From Pyrodictiaceae archaeon (GTDB taxonomy: Archaea; Thermoproteota; Thermoprotei_A; Sulfolobales; WAQK01), in assembly GCA_015520265.1 (NCBI GenBank), contig WAQK01000094.1, positions 28,555 through 92,554 on the forward strand: DNA of 64,000 bases. The letters run 5' to 3'. The notes beneath the pieces are model-generated. The model had not been told where the DNA came from. It searched no databases and saw only the letters and a program-made list of their open reading frames with translations. Position numbers and translations under genes: made by a program. Shown piece by piece: positions 17,342 to 26,339 of this stretch (position 1 is the stretch's first letter; every line of letters starts with the position of its first letter).

Positions 17342-18316
17342 TTGCCGGAGCTCCGGGTGGCAGTTGTAGGAGTAGGCTACATGGGCAGGAACCACGCCAG
17401 GGTGGTCTCGGAGCTCTCCTCGGAGCTACCCGTAGAGCTGGCGGCACTGGTGGACATAGATGAGTCCAGGGTTAGAGCCGTGGCCGAAAGATACGGTGCT
17501 ACGCCCTACACGAGCCTGGAGAAGCTGCTGTCCAACGAGGACCTCGACGTAGCCATAGTGGCTACGCCCACCGCCACCCATGTCTCAACAGCCCTTCGGC
17601 TGGTTGAGGCCGGTGTACGTTACATGCTGATCGAGAAGCCATTGGCCGAGAACACCTCGACCGCGAGGAGGCTGTTGGAGGCCCTCGGGAGCTCAGGCGT
17701 GGAGAGGGTCATGGTAGGCCATATTGAGAGGTTTAATCCCGCGGTACGCCACTTGGTTAGGAGTCTCGAGAGGGGCCTGTTGGGTGAGATAATAACGGCC
17801 AGCTCCAGGAGGGTGGGGCCCTACGTGCCCAGGATACGGGATGTGGGCGTCGTCATGGACCTGGCGACCCACGAGATAGACCTGGCTAGGCTCTTCTTTG
17901 ACTCCGAGCCTGTGGGTGTGTATGCCTACACCTACAGAGTGGTCAACGAGGTCTACGAGGATGCCGCTATAGTTGTGCTTCACTTCGACAAAGGATCCGC
18001 GGTGATAGAGGTCAACAGGGTCACACCCTACAAGGAGAGGAGGCTCCTCCTAACCTGCACCCGGGGCGTGGCGCAGCTCGACTACATAGCGCAGAGCCTC
18101 AGGGTATTTAACTCGGAGTGGGAAATGGACGCCAGGATACAGCACGAGGAACCCCTGAAGATCGAGGACCGGGAGTTCCTCAGGGCAGCTCTGGAAGGCG
18201 CTCCTGTACCCGTCAACGCACTGGACGGATACAAGGCTGTAAAGATTGCCGAGGCGGCGCTGGTGAGCGCCTCGAAGGGCACCGTGGTCAGGCTAGACCT
18301 GGGCTCCGAGGAATAA
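17342..18316 (+). CDS. Gfo/Idh/MocA-family NAD(P)-dependent oxidoreductase
   Basis: N-terminal Rossmann motif RVAVVGVGYMGRNHARV and the EKPLA motif (MLIEKPLAEN). Confidence 0.8.
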   Translation: MPELRVAVVGVGYMGRNHARVVSELSSELPVELAALVDIDESRVRAVAERYGATPYTSLEKLLSNEDLDVAIVATPTATHVSTALRLVEAGVRYMLIEKPLAENTSTARRLLEALGSSGVERVMVGHIERFNPAVRHLVRSLERGLLGEIITASSRRVGPYVPRIRDVGVVMDLATHEIDLARLFFDSEPVGVYAYTYRVVNEVYEDAAIVVLHFDKGSAVIEVNRVTPYKERRLLLTCTRGVAQLDYIAQSLRVFNSEWEMDARIQHEEPLKIEDREFLRAALEGAPVPVNALDGYKAVKIAEAALVSASKGTVVRLDLGSEE

Positions 18317-18438
18317 TTTATACGTTCCAGTCTGCAAGGTTATGGGTGGTCGATGAAGACACCTGCGACGAGCCGAAAAGCTGCGCGATGTGGTTGGAAG
18401 AGCCGATCCGAGGCCCCAGGCTCCTCCAATATAGTTCT

Positions 18439-20211
18439 CTAGAACAGTATGCCCCTATAGGTCTCCCTGTAGAGCGGGTGGCTCTCCATAAGCTTCCTGT
18501 TCCTCCTGTATTTCACGGTTATTCCCAGGGCCTCGCCGCCGTGCTTCTTGGCCCACTCGTCTAGGGGCACCTTATACTGCTCCTGGACGAAGTCCCTGTA
18601 GAGGTCGTTGAGCACGTTGAAGGCGCAGAACGGTATGATCCTCCCGTCGGGCGTCGAGTAGTGGATGTTGCACCTCATAACCCTCTCCACGTCGTAGTTG
18701 TATAGGTCCATGAAGTGCATCATGCCGAGGAACAGCATCTTGTAGTGCAGCTCTCCCAGGGCCTCGTAGTTCCTCTTGACGAACACCTTGAACAAGAGCC
18801 TGGAGATGTCAAGCTCCTTGGGCATCTTCTCCCTATCCACGAACTTCACTATGTCGAGGAACATCTTCATCTTGAGCAGGGTCTTGCTCTTACCCTTCTT
18901 CAGTTCCTCCGTCTTCTCCTCCAAGTACTCGACGAAGCCCTCCACGTCGAGGAAGTCGGTTATGGGGACGAACCTCCGGGGCACGCCGTTTTGGTCCTTC
19001 TCGGCTACCACTACGTAGGTGGCGGCGCCGCAGACCGGGTGGTTCGCCATGGTGAACTGGGGCTCTCCTGTTAGTTGTTCGATGAACTTGGAGAACCTGG
19101 TGGTGACCGGCACAGGGTACCAGGCGTCCTTGTGGATCTGGCCATCCGTCTGCTCCTCGATGAGCTTCACGGCTCCGGCGATGGTTATGCGGAACTTCAT
19201 CCTCTCGTGCTTCTTCATCATGCCTGTCAGGCTTACAGGCTGGAAGTTGACGCCCCTCACTATGTCGATGTGCTTACCAGCAAACCGCACTATGTCGCCC
19301 AGCTCGTGGGTGTTCACGTTCCTGATAACCGTGGGTACCAGGACTATGCTGGTCATGCTTGCCTTTCTGAAGGCGTCGAAGATGAATGGGATCTCCCAGT
19401 GGTTCTTCCAGTTAACCCTTGGGGAGACCCCGTCGAAGCTCATGTAGACCGTGTTGACCCCGGCCTCCCTCAGTTTCCTTACGTAATCTACAGCGAGCTG
19501 GGGATCCCGAAGGTATAGCTCCGCCACCTTCAGGGCCTGGGTGTTGAGCTGGATGTGCCTAACCCCCTCCTCCTTGAGGAGCTTAACTATCTCGACCAGG
19601 TCGTCCCTGAGCATGGGCTCGCCGCCAGTTATCTGCACTGCCATGGTGACGCCCTGCTTAGCCAGCTGGCGGATCATGAACCTTATCTGCTCCAGGCTGG
19701 GCTCATACACATATCCGGCCGCCTCGGCGAAGAAGAAGCAGTACCAGCAGCTCAGGTTACACCTGTTGGTAACCACAAGGTTGAGCAGGGCCGTGTGATT
19801 CTTATGCATCGGGCATAGCCCACAACTATAGGGGCAGGGTGCGGTGACCGGGACGTAGGGGAACCTAACCCCCTTCCCCTCGTCCTCGAACCTCATGAAC
19901 TTGGAGTACATGCTGGCGTCCTCGTAGTACACCTCCTCTATCTCGCCGTGTTCGGGGCAGATCTTCCTTATCCAGATCTTGCCCTCCCTCTCAACTATTA
20001 TGGCTGGAAGAAGCCTGTAGCAGTGGGGGCAGATGCTGGTTGTGTAAGTTTTAAGCTTCTCGCCCTCCCGAGGCTCCGGTGCCGGGCCTCCTATCTTGAT
20101 CCTGCGCCCGGCTATCACTACCTCGTCGCCGGAGAGGCTGGAGGGCGGCGGGAGGAGCCTGAAGGGCGTCTCCCCCCTAGAGTGTGCGTCAATTCTGCTC
20201 ATGGCTGGCAC
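18439..20211 (-). CDS. Radical SAM enzyme, COG1964-type; resembles tetraether lipid synthase (Tes / GDGT-MAS) family
   Basis: N-terminal rubredoxin-like CPHC...CPEHG segment followed by the radical-SAM triad in VVTNRCNLSCWYCFF. 590 aa. The Tes assignment is from memory of the family architecture and was not searched. Confidence 0.65.
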   Translation of the reverse strand: MPAMSRIDAHSRGETPFRLLPPPSSLSGDEVVIAGRRIKIGGPAPEPREGEKLKTYTTSICPHCYRLLPAIIVEREGKIWIRKICPEHGEIEEVYYEDASMYSKFMRFEDEGKGVRFPYVPVTAPCPYSCGLCPMHKNHTALLNLVVTNRCNLSCWYCFFFAEAAGYVYEPSLEQIRFMIRQLAKQGVTMAVQITGGEPMLRDDLVEIVKLLKEEGVRHIQLNTQALKVAELYLRDPQLAVDYVRKLREAGVNTVYMSFDGVSPRVNWKNHWEIPFIFDAFRKASMTSIVLVPTVIRNVNTHELGDIVRFAGKHIDIVRGVNFQPVSLTGMMKKHERMKFRITIAGAVKLIEEQTDGQIHKDAWYPVPVTTRFSKFIEQLTGEPQFTMANHPVCGAATYVVVAEKDQNGVPRRFVPITDFLDVEGFVEYLEEKTEELKKGKSKTLLKMKMFLDIVKFVDREKMPKELDISRLLFKVFVKRNYEALGELHYKMLFLGMMHFMDLYNYDVERVMRCNIHYSTPDGRIIPFCAFNVLNDLYRDFVQEQYKVPLDEWAKKHGGEALGITVKYRRNRKLMESHPLYRETYRGILF

Positions 20212-20274
20212 CCGTTCTTACCATTAAGAATGGGGGTGCATATATAAGAGGTTTACCACCAAAACTACGGTTGA

Positions 20275-21966
20275 TTAGGTAGTTTCACAGCCGTGGCCCG
20301 AGCCTGCAGCCAGGATCCCGGAGTACCTTGGAGGAATCCTCCCGTCACGCCTGACCGCCTCAACAACCTCTATAGCCCTGCTCCCCAGTAGCTTCCTTAG
20401 CAAGCTCACACGGGTCTTCGATACGTCCAGCGGCACCGGGAGGGCCTTCACGCTTCTGGCGCCCTGGTCGTAGACTATCACGTCTATCCTTCCCTTACCC
20501 ATTTTGCAGGGTATCTCGGCAAGCAGCGGGTACGAGGCTGGCTGCCTAGCATAGGTCCACCCTCCCGACACTCGCTCCACGTAGAGCCCTCTCAGCACTG
20601 TTCCGCGGGGAGCGACGCGGCGCAGCATGATTGGGTCTATTTCGCTTCTCACCTTCCTGGTAAAGGCCCTGGCTAGCTCTCTGTGCTTTCGGATAATCCT
20701 TGTGGAGGCCAGAAGACTTATCCTGGTATGGGGAAATACCAGTACCTGCCTAATATTGATCCTCCTTACAACGAGGCCCTCTTCCACCAGCTTCTTAAGG
20801 AACTCGTAGTTGAGCCTATAGGTCTCTCGAGTCTCGCCAGCCAGGCCTAGGACAAAGTTTATGCCTGGGAGGAGTTCGGGGAGCCCGTTGTAGCCCCTCC
20901 TCCCGCCCAGCCTGTTGACTATCCTTATAGCCTCCAGGGCCTCTTCGGGTTGGACGTTCAGGTTATTGGCCTCTACAACCCTGGGATCAGCTGTCTCCAG
21001 GCCCATCGCTGCCACGTCGCCTGGAGTGTGGTACTTTATTATCGTCTTGAGAACCTCTACACTCTCCTCCCGGTGCCTGGCTATGGTCCCAGGGTTCACG
21101 TTGTCGATATGCAGGGTTTCCAGGTGCGGCGCGACGCTACGTATACCGTAGAAGAGCCTCCGGAGGGCCTCGGGGTTGGGCCGGGGGAACTCCTCCTCTC
21201 TGAGCTTCTCGGCCTGGTAGACCAGTATGTCGGGCTGCCTGCCGATCCTGAAGTTCCTGACCCCATGCCTATAGAGGGCCTCTACCTCCCTGACGACGTC
21301 CTCTACTCTTCTCTGCTTCGGGGGACCGTGGAGCACCTCCGTGCAGAAGCTGCAGCCCCCGGCCAGGACCCTGGGGCACCCCCTGAAGGTTTCTATCTCG
21401 GCTACCAGGTTGTAGCCGTGGTTGGGGTGCTGCTCCACTATCCTAGCTCCCCGTACGGCGAACTCCGCCACCCTGTCGTAGCTCTCCCTGAGCCTGTAGG
21501 GGCTGGCCTTCTCGAAGCCGTGTCTCAGCCCCTCATAGATGAACTCCTCGGGATCCCCCCGCACCACGTAGTCGAAGTTCTCCTCCACCTCCCTGGGGAG
21601 GGCAGCCACTGTTCCTCCTTCCCTCCCTATGCCGAATCTCGCCGCAGGGCCTACCAGGATCTTTGTGGGCTTGGTCACAAGGCGGAACCACTCCTTTAGC
21701 TCGGCCAGCTCCAGAGGTCTGCCGGAGAGGTACCTGCCTGGAACAGTTACGCCTGCTATCACTATGAGGAGGTTGTAGTCCTGTGCCTCCCTGATGAAGC
21801 CGGCAATGTTCCTCCTAGCCTCATCGGCGGTAAGGTATTTGATAGTGGCGCTCTTATCCACGCTCCACACGGCGCCTGCGATGTAGCGGGGATAGACGTC
21901 TATGTATGGGGGTACGCCAAGCCCTGCTGGCTCGTCCGTGTAGCCGTCCAGTATGAGCACCTTCAA
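20275..21966 (-). CDS. Radical SAM enzyme, COG1031-type (N-terminal flavodoxin/B12-binding-like domain); substrate unknown
   Basis: MKVLILDGYTDEPAGLGVPPY N-terminus. Cluster motif FRGCPRVLAGGCSFC (Cx7CxxC spacing). 563 aa with a TTG start 3 nt after the upstream stop. Confidence 0.75.
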   Translation of the reverse strand: MKVLILDGYTDEPAGLGVPPYIDVYPRYIAGAVWSVDKSATIKYLTADEARRNIAGFIREAQDYNLLIVIAGVTVPGRYLSGRPLELAELKEWFRLVTKPTKILVGPAARFGIGREGGTVAALPREVEENFDYVVRGDPEEFIYEGLRHGFEKASPYRLRESYDRVAEFAVRGARIVEQHPNHGYNLVAEIETFRGCPRVLAGGCSFCTEVLHGPPKQRRVEDVVREVEALYRHGVRNFRIGRQPDILVYQAEKLREEEFPRPNPEALRRLFYGIRSVAPHLETLHIDNVNPGTIARHREESVEVLKTIIKYHTPGDVAAMGLETADPRVVEANNLNVQPEEALEAIRIVNRLGGRRGYNGLPELLPGINFVLGLAGETRETYRLNYEFLKKLVEEGLVVRRINIRQVLVFPHTRISLLASTRIIRKHRELARAFTRKVRSEIDPIMLRRVAPRGTVLRGLYVERVSGGWTYARQPASYPLLAEIPCKMGKGRIDVIVYDQGARSVKALPVPLDVSKTRVSLLRKLLGSRAIEVVEAVRRDGRIPPRYSGILAAGSGHGCETT

Positions 21967-21969
21967 CGC

Positions 21970-22410
21970 TTACACCCCCGGAGCGTCTCTTCTAGGACTG
22001 GGCTCTCCCAGCTCTGCCGCCAGCTCCTCCAGGCGCTGCACGTACTGTTTCCTGAAGCCGAGGAATATTCCACCCTCTTTCCCGCCAACATATACTATGG
22101 TGGACTCACCCGGCCTAACCACCCTCCGCAGGGTCCGAGAAGACATCTCTACATAGACCCCCTTCAGATATCTTGAAAAATCCGCGACGAAGCCGTCGAC
22201 TGTCCCCCTGACGCGGGCGTAAAAGCTTGTCCGAGGAGGGAAGAACTCGTTGAGGCCTGGGTGCTCAATGTCGAGATGGGTAACCCTGGCGCGGGAGTAT
22301 CCCTTAAGATGAATGTAAACGTTTGCCTCCAGCACGCGCGGCCCTTCAGCCGAGAACAGGACGACCTTGGCGTCCTTCACGGGTATCTTGCCGGGCCCCG
22401 GGCCGGTCAT
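21970..22410 (-). CDS. Hypothetical 146-aa protein embedded between two radical SAM genes
   Basis: Its ATG abuts the stop of the upstream gene (TGAATG). Its stop is 3 nt before the next start. I recognise no motif. Confidence 0.55.
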   Translation of the reverse strand: MTGPGPGKIPVKDAKVVLFSAEGPRVLEANVYIHLKGYSRARVTHLDIEHPGLNEFFPPRTSFYARVRGTVDGFVADFSRYLKGVYVEMSSRTLRRVVRPGESTIVYVGGKEGGIFLGFRKQYVQRLEELAAELGEPSPRRDAPGV

Positions 22411-23535
22411 TCAGCGGCTCACCTGCTTGTAGTGAAGGCCGAGTTCCTCGGCGTACCTGTAGGCCTCCTCAACCTCTCTGCGGCTCGGAGCCCTGGCTAT
22501 CTCGGGCCATCTGTCGGGGTAGCGTAGAACCAGGTGTTCCGGCCTATACTGGTCCATCACGTTGACCAATACGCGGTCGCGCGGCAGGTTCTCGGCGATC
22601 CATTTGAGGACGGGCTTGGTGCAACACTCGATGTGGCCTGGGAGGACGAGGTGACGGATGATCATATCGCCGTGCTCCACGGCTATCTTCAGGTTCCTGG
22701 TCACTGTTTCGAAGTACCTGGGCGCGGCTGACAGCCTGGTGGCGCACATGTTGTTGCCGTACTTGAAGTCGGGTAGCCAGATATCGATCACGTCGATCAG
22801 CAGCTTCATGGACTCCTCCGACATGTAGAAGTTGGAGTTCCAGAGTTGGGGCACGTTGGTTTCGAGGTGCTTGAGGCTCTCCAGGATAGTGTGGATGTTG
22901 GGCGTGGGGTCGCCGCCCACGTGATTTATGTTCCTAGCACCAGTCTCCCTCAGTCTCCTCTGTATAGCCGCCAGCTTCCTGGCATCGACCACCTCGCCCG
23001 AGAAGGGGTTGACCTGCGAGATCTCGTAGTTCTGGCAAAACACGCACCTGAAGTTGCAGCTACCGTAGAATATGGTTCCGCTGGGCACCAGAGGGGCCTC
23101 CTCCCCAAGGTGGTGGAACCAGGTGTCGGCGAAAGTCCTCGTGTCGAGCCTGCAGGTACCCTTAGCCTCCCTATACCTGTTGACTCCGCACCTCCTCTCA
23201 CAGAAGGTGCATGACTCCAAGATCCGCCTAGCTATGGCTATCTTGACGTCCAGGAAGCTCCACCGGGGCCTGCCCAGCTCGGAGAGGGAGAGGGACCCCT
23301 CCCTGATCTCGCCCCACACGTCCCTGAACTCAGCCTGAAGCCTGTCGTGCAGCCTCCACAGCTCGTCCAGGCTCATCTCGTAGGGGTTGTCGGGGGCCTC
23401 AAGGCGCCTGGCTATGAGGAACTTGGCGGGCTTCCTGTCCCGCATGACACTGTAGTACCAGTGGAGGGCCCGGAGCACCGCTGGGTCCCGCCAGACCAGC
23501 AGCGCGTCAGGCCTAAGGTACACCCAGGTTGACAT
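22411..23535 (-). CDS. Radical SAM enzyme, PflX-like (COG1313, homologue of pyruvate formate-lyase activase); substrate unknown
   Basis: YGSCNFRCVFCQNYEIS radical-SAM triad plus an upstream auxiliary CTFCERRCG...GTC Cys cluster. Confidence 0.8.
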   Translation of the reverse strand: MSTWVYLRPDALLVWRDPAVLRALHWYYSVMRDRKPAKFLIARRLEAPDNPYEMSLDELWRLHDRLQAEFRDVWGEIREGSLSLSELGRPRWSFLDVKIAIARRILESCTFCERRCGVNRYREAKGTCRLDTRTFADTWFHHLGEEAPLVPSGTIFYGSCNFRCVFCQNYEISQVNPFSGEVVDARKLAAIQRRLRETGARNINHVGGDPTPNIHTILESLKHLETNVPQLWNSNFYMSEESMKLLIDVIDIWLPDFKYGNNMCATRLSAAPRYFETVTRNLKIAVEHGDMIIRHLVLPGHIECCTKPVLKWIAENLPRDRVLVNVMDQYRPEHLVLRYPDRWPEIARAPSRREVEEAYRYAEELGLHYKQVSR

Positions 23536-23628
23536 GCCACTCTACAACCAAGTCTAAACTATGCCTAGGCCGGCAATTAACCTAGCGGGTCGAGGGGCAG
23601 GCAACAATAATTAGGCCCGGCTCACACT

Positions 23629-24729
23629 ATGCCTCGCCTAGAGGAGGGGAGCACTGTGCCCCATACTAGGAGGAGGCGGAGGCTGGTGCTGGAGGCGGGG
23701 GACCCCTACACGGTGCTCAACAACATGCTCAGGAAGCAGGGGTATCACGTTGTCGGCAGGCATACTGTGGTGAAGCCATGTCACTGGACCAAGATGGCCC
23801 TCACACAGGGTAGGTTCTGCTACAAATGCAAGTTCTACGGGATTGAGAGCCACCGGTGCATCCAGATGAGCCCTACCAGCCTCTGGTGCTGGAACGCATG
23901 CCTCCATTGCTGGAGATTGAGGCCTCAGGACGTCGGGGTGGAATGGGACGAGGTCAGGATGCCCTACGCCGACGACCCCGAGGAGCTGGCCCGCGCCGTT
24001 ATAGAGGAGCAGAGGAGGCTCCTCTCGGGATATAAGGGGCACCCACGCGTCGATCCCCGGATCCTGGAGGAGGCTATGGACCCGAAGCATGTCGCTATAA
24101 GCCTCACGGGTGAACCAACCCTCTACAGGAGGCTGGGTGAACTCATATCGGCCTTCCATAGGCTGGGACTTACCACATTCCTTGTAACCAGGGGTGTTAG
24201 GCCCGACGTCCTCGCCAACCTGGTGGAGGAGCCCAGCCAGCTCTACGTCTCCATAGAGGCCCACAATAGGGAGATGTTTGAGAAGCTTGACCGCCCCCTA
24301 GTACCCAGGGCCTGGGAGCTCATCAACAAGACCCTCGAGATCCTTCCAAGCTTTAGCAGCCCCACGGCGATAAGGATCACTGCTATCAAGGGGATCAACA
24401 TGTCGAGAGAGGATGCTAAGGGGTTCGCCAAGATGCTGGAGAGGGCCCAGCCCACCTATATCGAGGTCAAGGCGTACATGTATGTCGGCGCGTCAAGGAG
24501 GAGGCTAAGCAAGGAAAACATGCCGAGACACGAGGAGGTTAGAAGGTTCGCCGAGATGATAGCCGAGGAGCTTAGCTACCCAGTGGTCTCGGAGAGCATG
24601 CCCAGCAGGGTGGTGCTCCTCAGCAGGCTCAAGAAGCCTATAAGGCACGGGAAGGGCTGCCCCGAAGGCTGGGGCGCCAGGGAAGATGAGGGGGAGACAG
24701 GCGAGTACGAGGCTGGCGACATCTACTAG
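23629..24729 (+). CDS. taw1: 4-demethylwyosine synthase Taw1 (TYW1, radical SAM)
   Basis: VVKPCHWTK...FCYKCKFYG...HRC and the radical-SAM triad CWNACLHCWR. Also ISLTGEPTLY. Confidence 0.85.
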   Translation: MPRLEEGSTVPHTRRRRRLVLEAGDPYTVLNNMLRKQGYHVVGRHTVVKPCHWTKMALTQGRFCYKCKFYGIESHRCIQMSPTSLWCWNACLHCWRLRPQDVGVEWDEVRMPYADDPEELARAVIEEQRRLLSGYKGHPRVDPRILEEAMDPKHVAISLTGEPTLYRRLGELISAFHRLGLTTFLVTRGVRPDVLANLVEEPSQLYVSIEAHNREMFEKLDRPLVPRAWELINKTLEILPSFSSPTAIRITAIKGINMSREDAKGFAKMLERAQPTYIEVKAYMYVGASRRRLSKENMPRHEEVRRFAEMIAEELSYPVVSESMPSRVVLLSRLKKPIRHGKGCPEGWGAREDEGETGEYEAGDIY

Positions 24730-25670
24730 AAGAACACTCTGCCTATAAAGATCCTGTGCCTCAGCGTGTCCACGAACCTCTCCACGCCAACCCTCTTGGG
24801 AAGCTTGGTGAGTATGTCACGCTCCGTTATGATGCCCGCAAGCCTACCCTCATTGTCTAGGACCGGGAGGCAGCCGACGCCGTGGGCCCTCATGACCCTC
24901 ACAGCCTGGGAGACGTCCCGGTTCTCATTGATGGTCGCAAGCCTATGCGAGCCGATATTCTTTGCCTGCTCCCTGTAGGCCTCCTCTACTCTACCCTCCT
25001 TGATCTTAGTGAGGGTAGTCTCAGCTGCGTAGTATCTGATCACATCTCTCATCGTCACGATGCCCGCCAGGCTCCCCAGAGAGTCGAGGAGGGGGATCCT
25101 CCTGATCCTCTTCTCAGTCATCATTTCCTGGATCCTCTTCACGCTGGTGGAGAGCTCCGCCGTCACCACGGGACTCGACATGATCTCCTTGACGCTGACG
25201 TACATCGTCGTGTCTATGATGAGCTCGGAGATGTGCCTCTCAGATATCATGCCAACCACGCGCAGCTCCTTGGTAACCACGGGCAAGGCCCCTAGCTTGT
25301 GATCCATCATCATCTCCACGACCTGGTCAAGCCTCGTCTCCCCCACAACCACGTAGGGCGTGTCCTCGACCATGAGGTCAGACGCCTTCAACTCCACGAG
25401 GGCCCTGTAGAGATCCCCTCCTCTCTCCTCCACGACCAGGCGCTTCCATCTCTCCCCGCCGCCCAGCAGGTCTACGACATCGCGGAGTGAGAGCATGCCG
25501 CGGAGTTTCATCTCCTCGTCAAAGACTACGGCGTGTTTGGCCCCCCTCCTATTGAAGCCCAGGAGTACTGTGAGCATGTCTGCATCGTGGGGGAACATGA
25601 GGAGAGGAGGGTACCGGCCGATGAGGAGTATCTCGCCTTTATCGCTTAGAACCATGAAGCCCAGCCTCAC
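24726..25670 (-). CDS. CBS-domain protein (four tandem CBS motifs)
   Basis: Repeated CBS signatures (e.g. GMLSLRDVV, GMISERHI, GIVTMRDVI, GIITERDIL). Confidence 0.8.
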   Translation of the reverse strand: MRLGFMVLSDKGEILLIGRYPPLLMFPHDADMLTVLLGFNRRGAKHAVVFDEEMKLRGMLSLRDVVDLLGGGERWKRLVVEERGGDLYRALVELKASDLMVEDTPYVVVGETRLDQVVEMMMDHKLGALPVVTKELRVVGMISERHISELIIDTTMYVSVKEIMSSPVVTAELSTSVKRIQEMMTEKRIRRIPLLDSLGSLAGIVTMRDVIRYYAAETTLTKIKEGRVEEAYREQAKNIGSHRLATINENRDVSQAVRVMRAHGVGCLPVLDNEGRLAGIITERDILTKLPKRVGVERFVDTLRHRIFIGRVFF

Positions 25671-25798
25671 ACGTTATTTTGGAGGCGACACGTATATAGG
25701 GTTTAAGCCATCCTGAAAACAGTGCCTAGCCTGGAGGGCTGGAGACCCCATCCATGGTATCAATATTTAAAGGAGTTCCTATAGATAGCTAAACGGAG

Positions 25799-26281
25799 AT
25801 GTTGAAAATGGTTTCCAAGAAGGGTTTGGGTCCTGCGAAGCTGGATGAAAAAGATCTAACCATACTGAGGCGCCTGTATAGGAATGCCAGGACCTCCTTC
25901 ACCGAGTTGGCTAAGGAGCTAGGCATAAGCGACGTGGCCGTTAAAAAGAGGGTTAAGAGGCTGGAGGAGCAGGGTGTGATAACAGGCTATACAGTAGTGG
26001 TGGACGCCGGCAAGCTCGGCTACCACAGTATAGCCATTGTGGGTATAGACGCTGACTCGGACAAGCTTCTATCAGTGTCTGAGGAGTTGAAGGCTAAAAA
26101 ATATGTGAAGTGGCTGGCCTTAACCACCGGCGACCACATGATAATGGCCGAGATCTGGGCCAAGGACAGCAAGGAGCTTACGTCTATCCTTGAGGAGGTT
26201 GGAAAAATACCTGGAGTACGGAAGCTGTGTCCAGCCATAGTGCTGGACGTGTTTAAGAGGCACGGTGAAGGCGACCTCTAA
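25799..26281 (+). CDS. Lrp/AsnC-family transcriptional regulator
   Basis: LDEKDLTILRRLYRNARTSFTELAKELGISDVAVKKRVKRLEEQGVITGYTVVVD plus a C-terminal RAM-like domain. Confidence 0.85.
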   Translation: MLKMVSKKGLGPAKLDEKDLTILRRLYRNARTSFTELAKELGISDVAVKKRVKRLEEQGVITGYTVVVDAGKLGYHSIAIVGIDADSDKLLSVSEELKAKKYVKWLALTTGDHMIMAEIWAKDSKELTSILEEVGKIPGVRKLCPAIVLDVFKRHGEGDL

Positions 26282-26339
26282 CTTAAACAATAAATTTAGC
26301 CACATGCACAGCGCTACCACTATTTAGGCGTGTTCACGC

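Noticed and set aside
18317-18438. A 122-nt convergent intergenic region, scanned for an sRNA or tRNA.
   Set aside because: It has no T-loop (GGTTCRAATCC-like) sequence, no C/D boxes and no convincing hairpin. It is probably just a 3' UTR/terminator region.
20950-21699. A 249-aa plus-strand ORF antisense to the COG1031-like radical SAM gene. Similar antisense ORFs occur at 49502-50281, 7840-8523, 43031-43888, 23638-24264 and 60946-61608.
   Set aside because: The reasoning is the same: each mirrors a strongly supported gene, has a biased Pro/Gly/Arg/Val/Leu composition, and has no recognisable domain or sensible start context.
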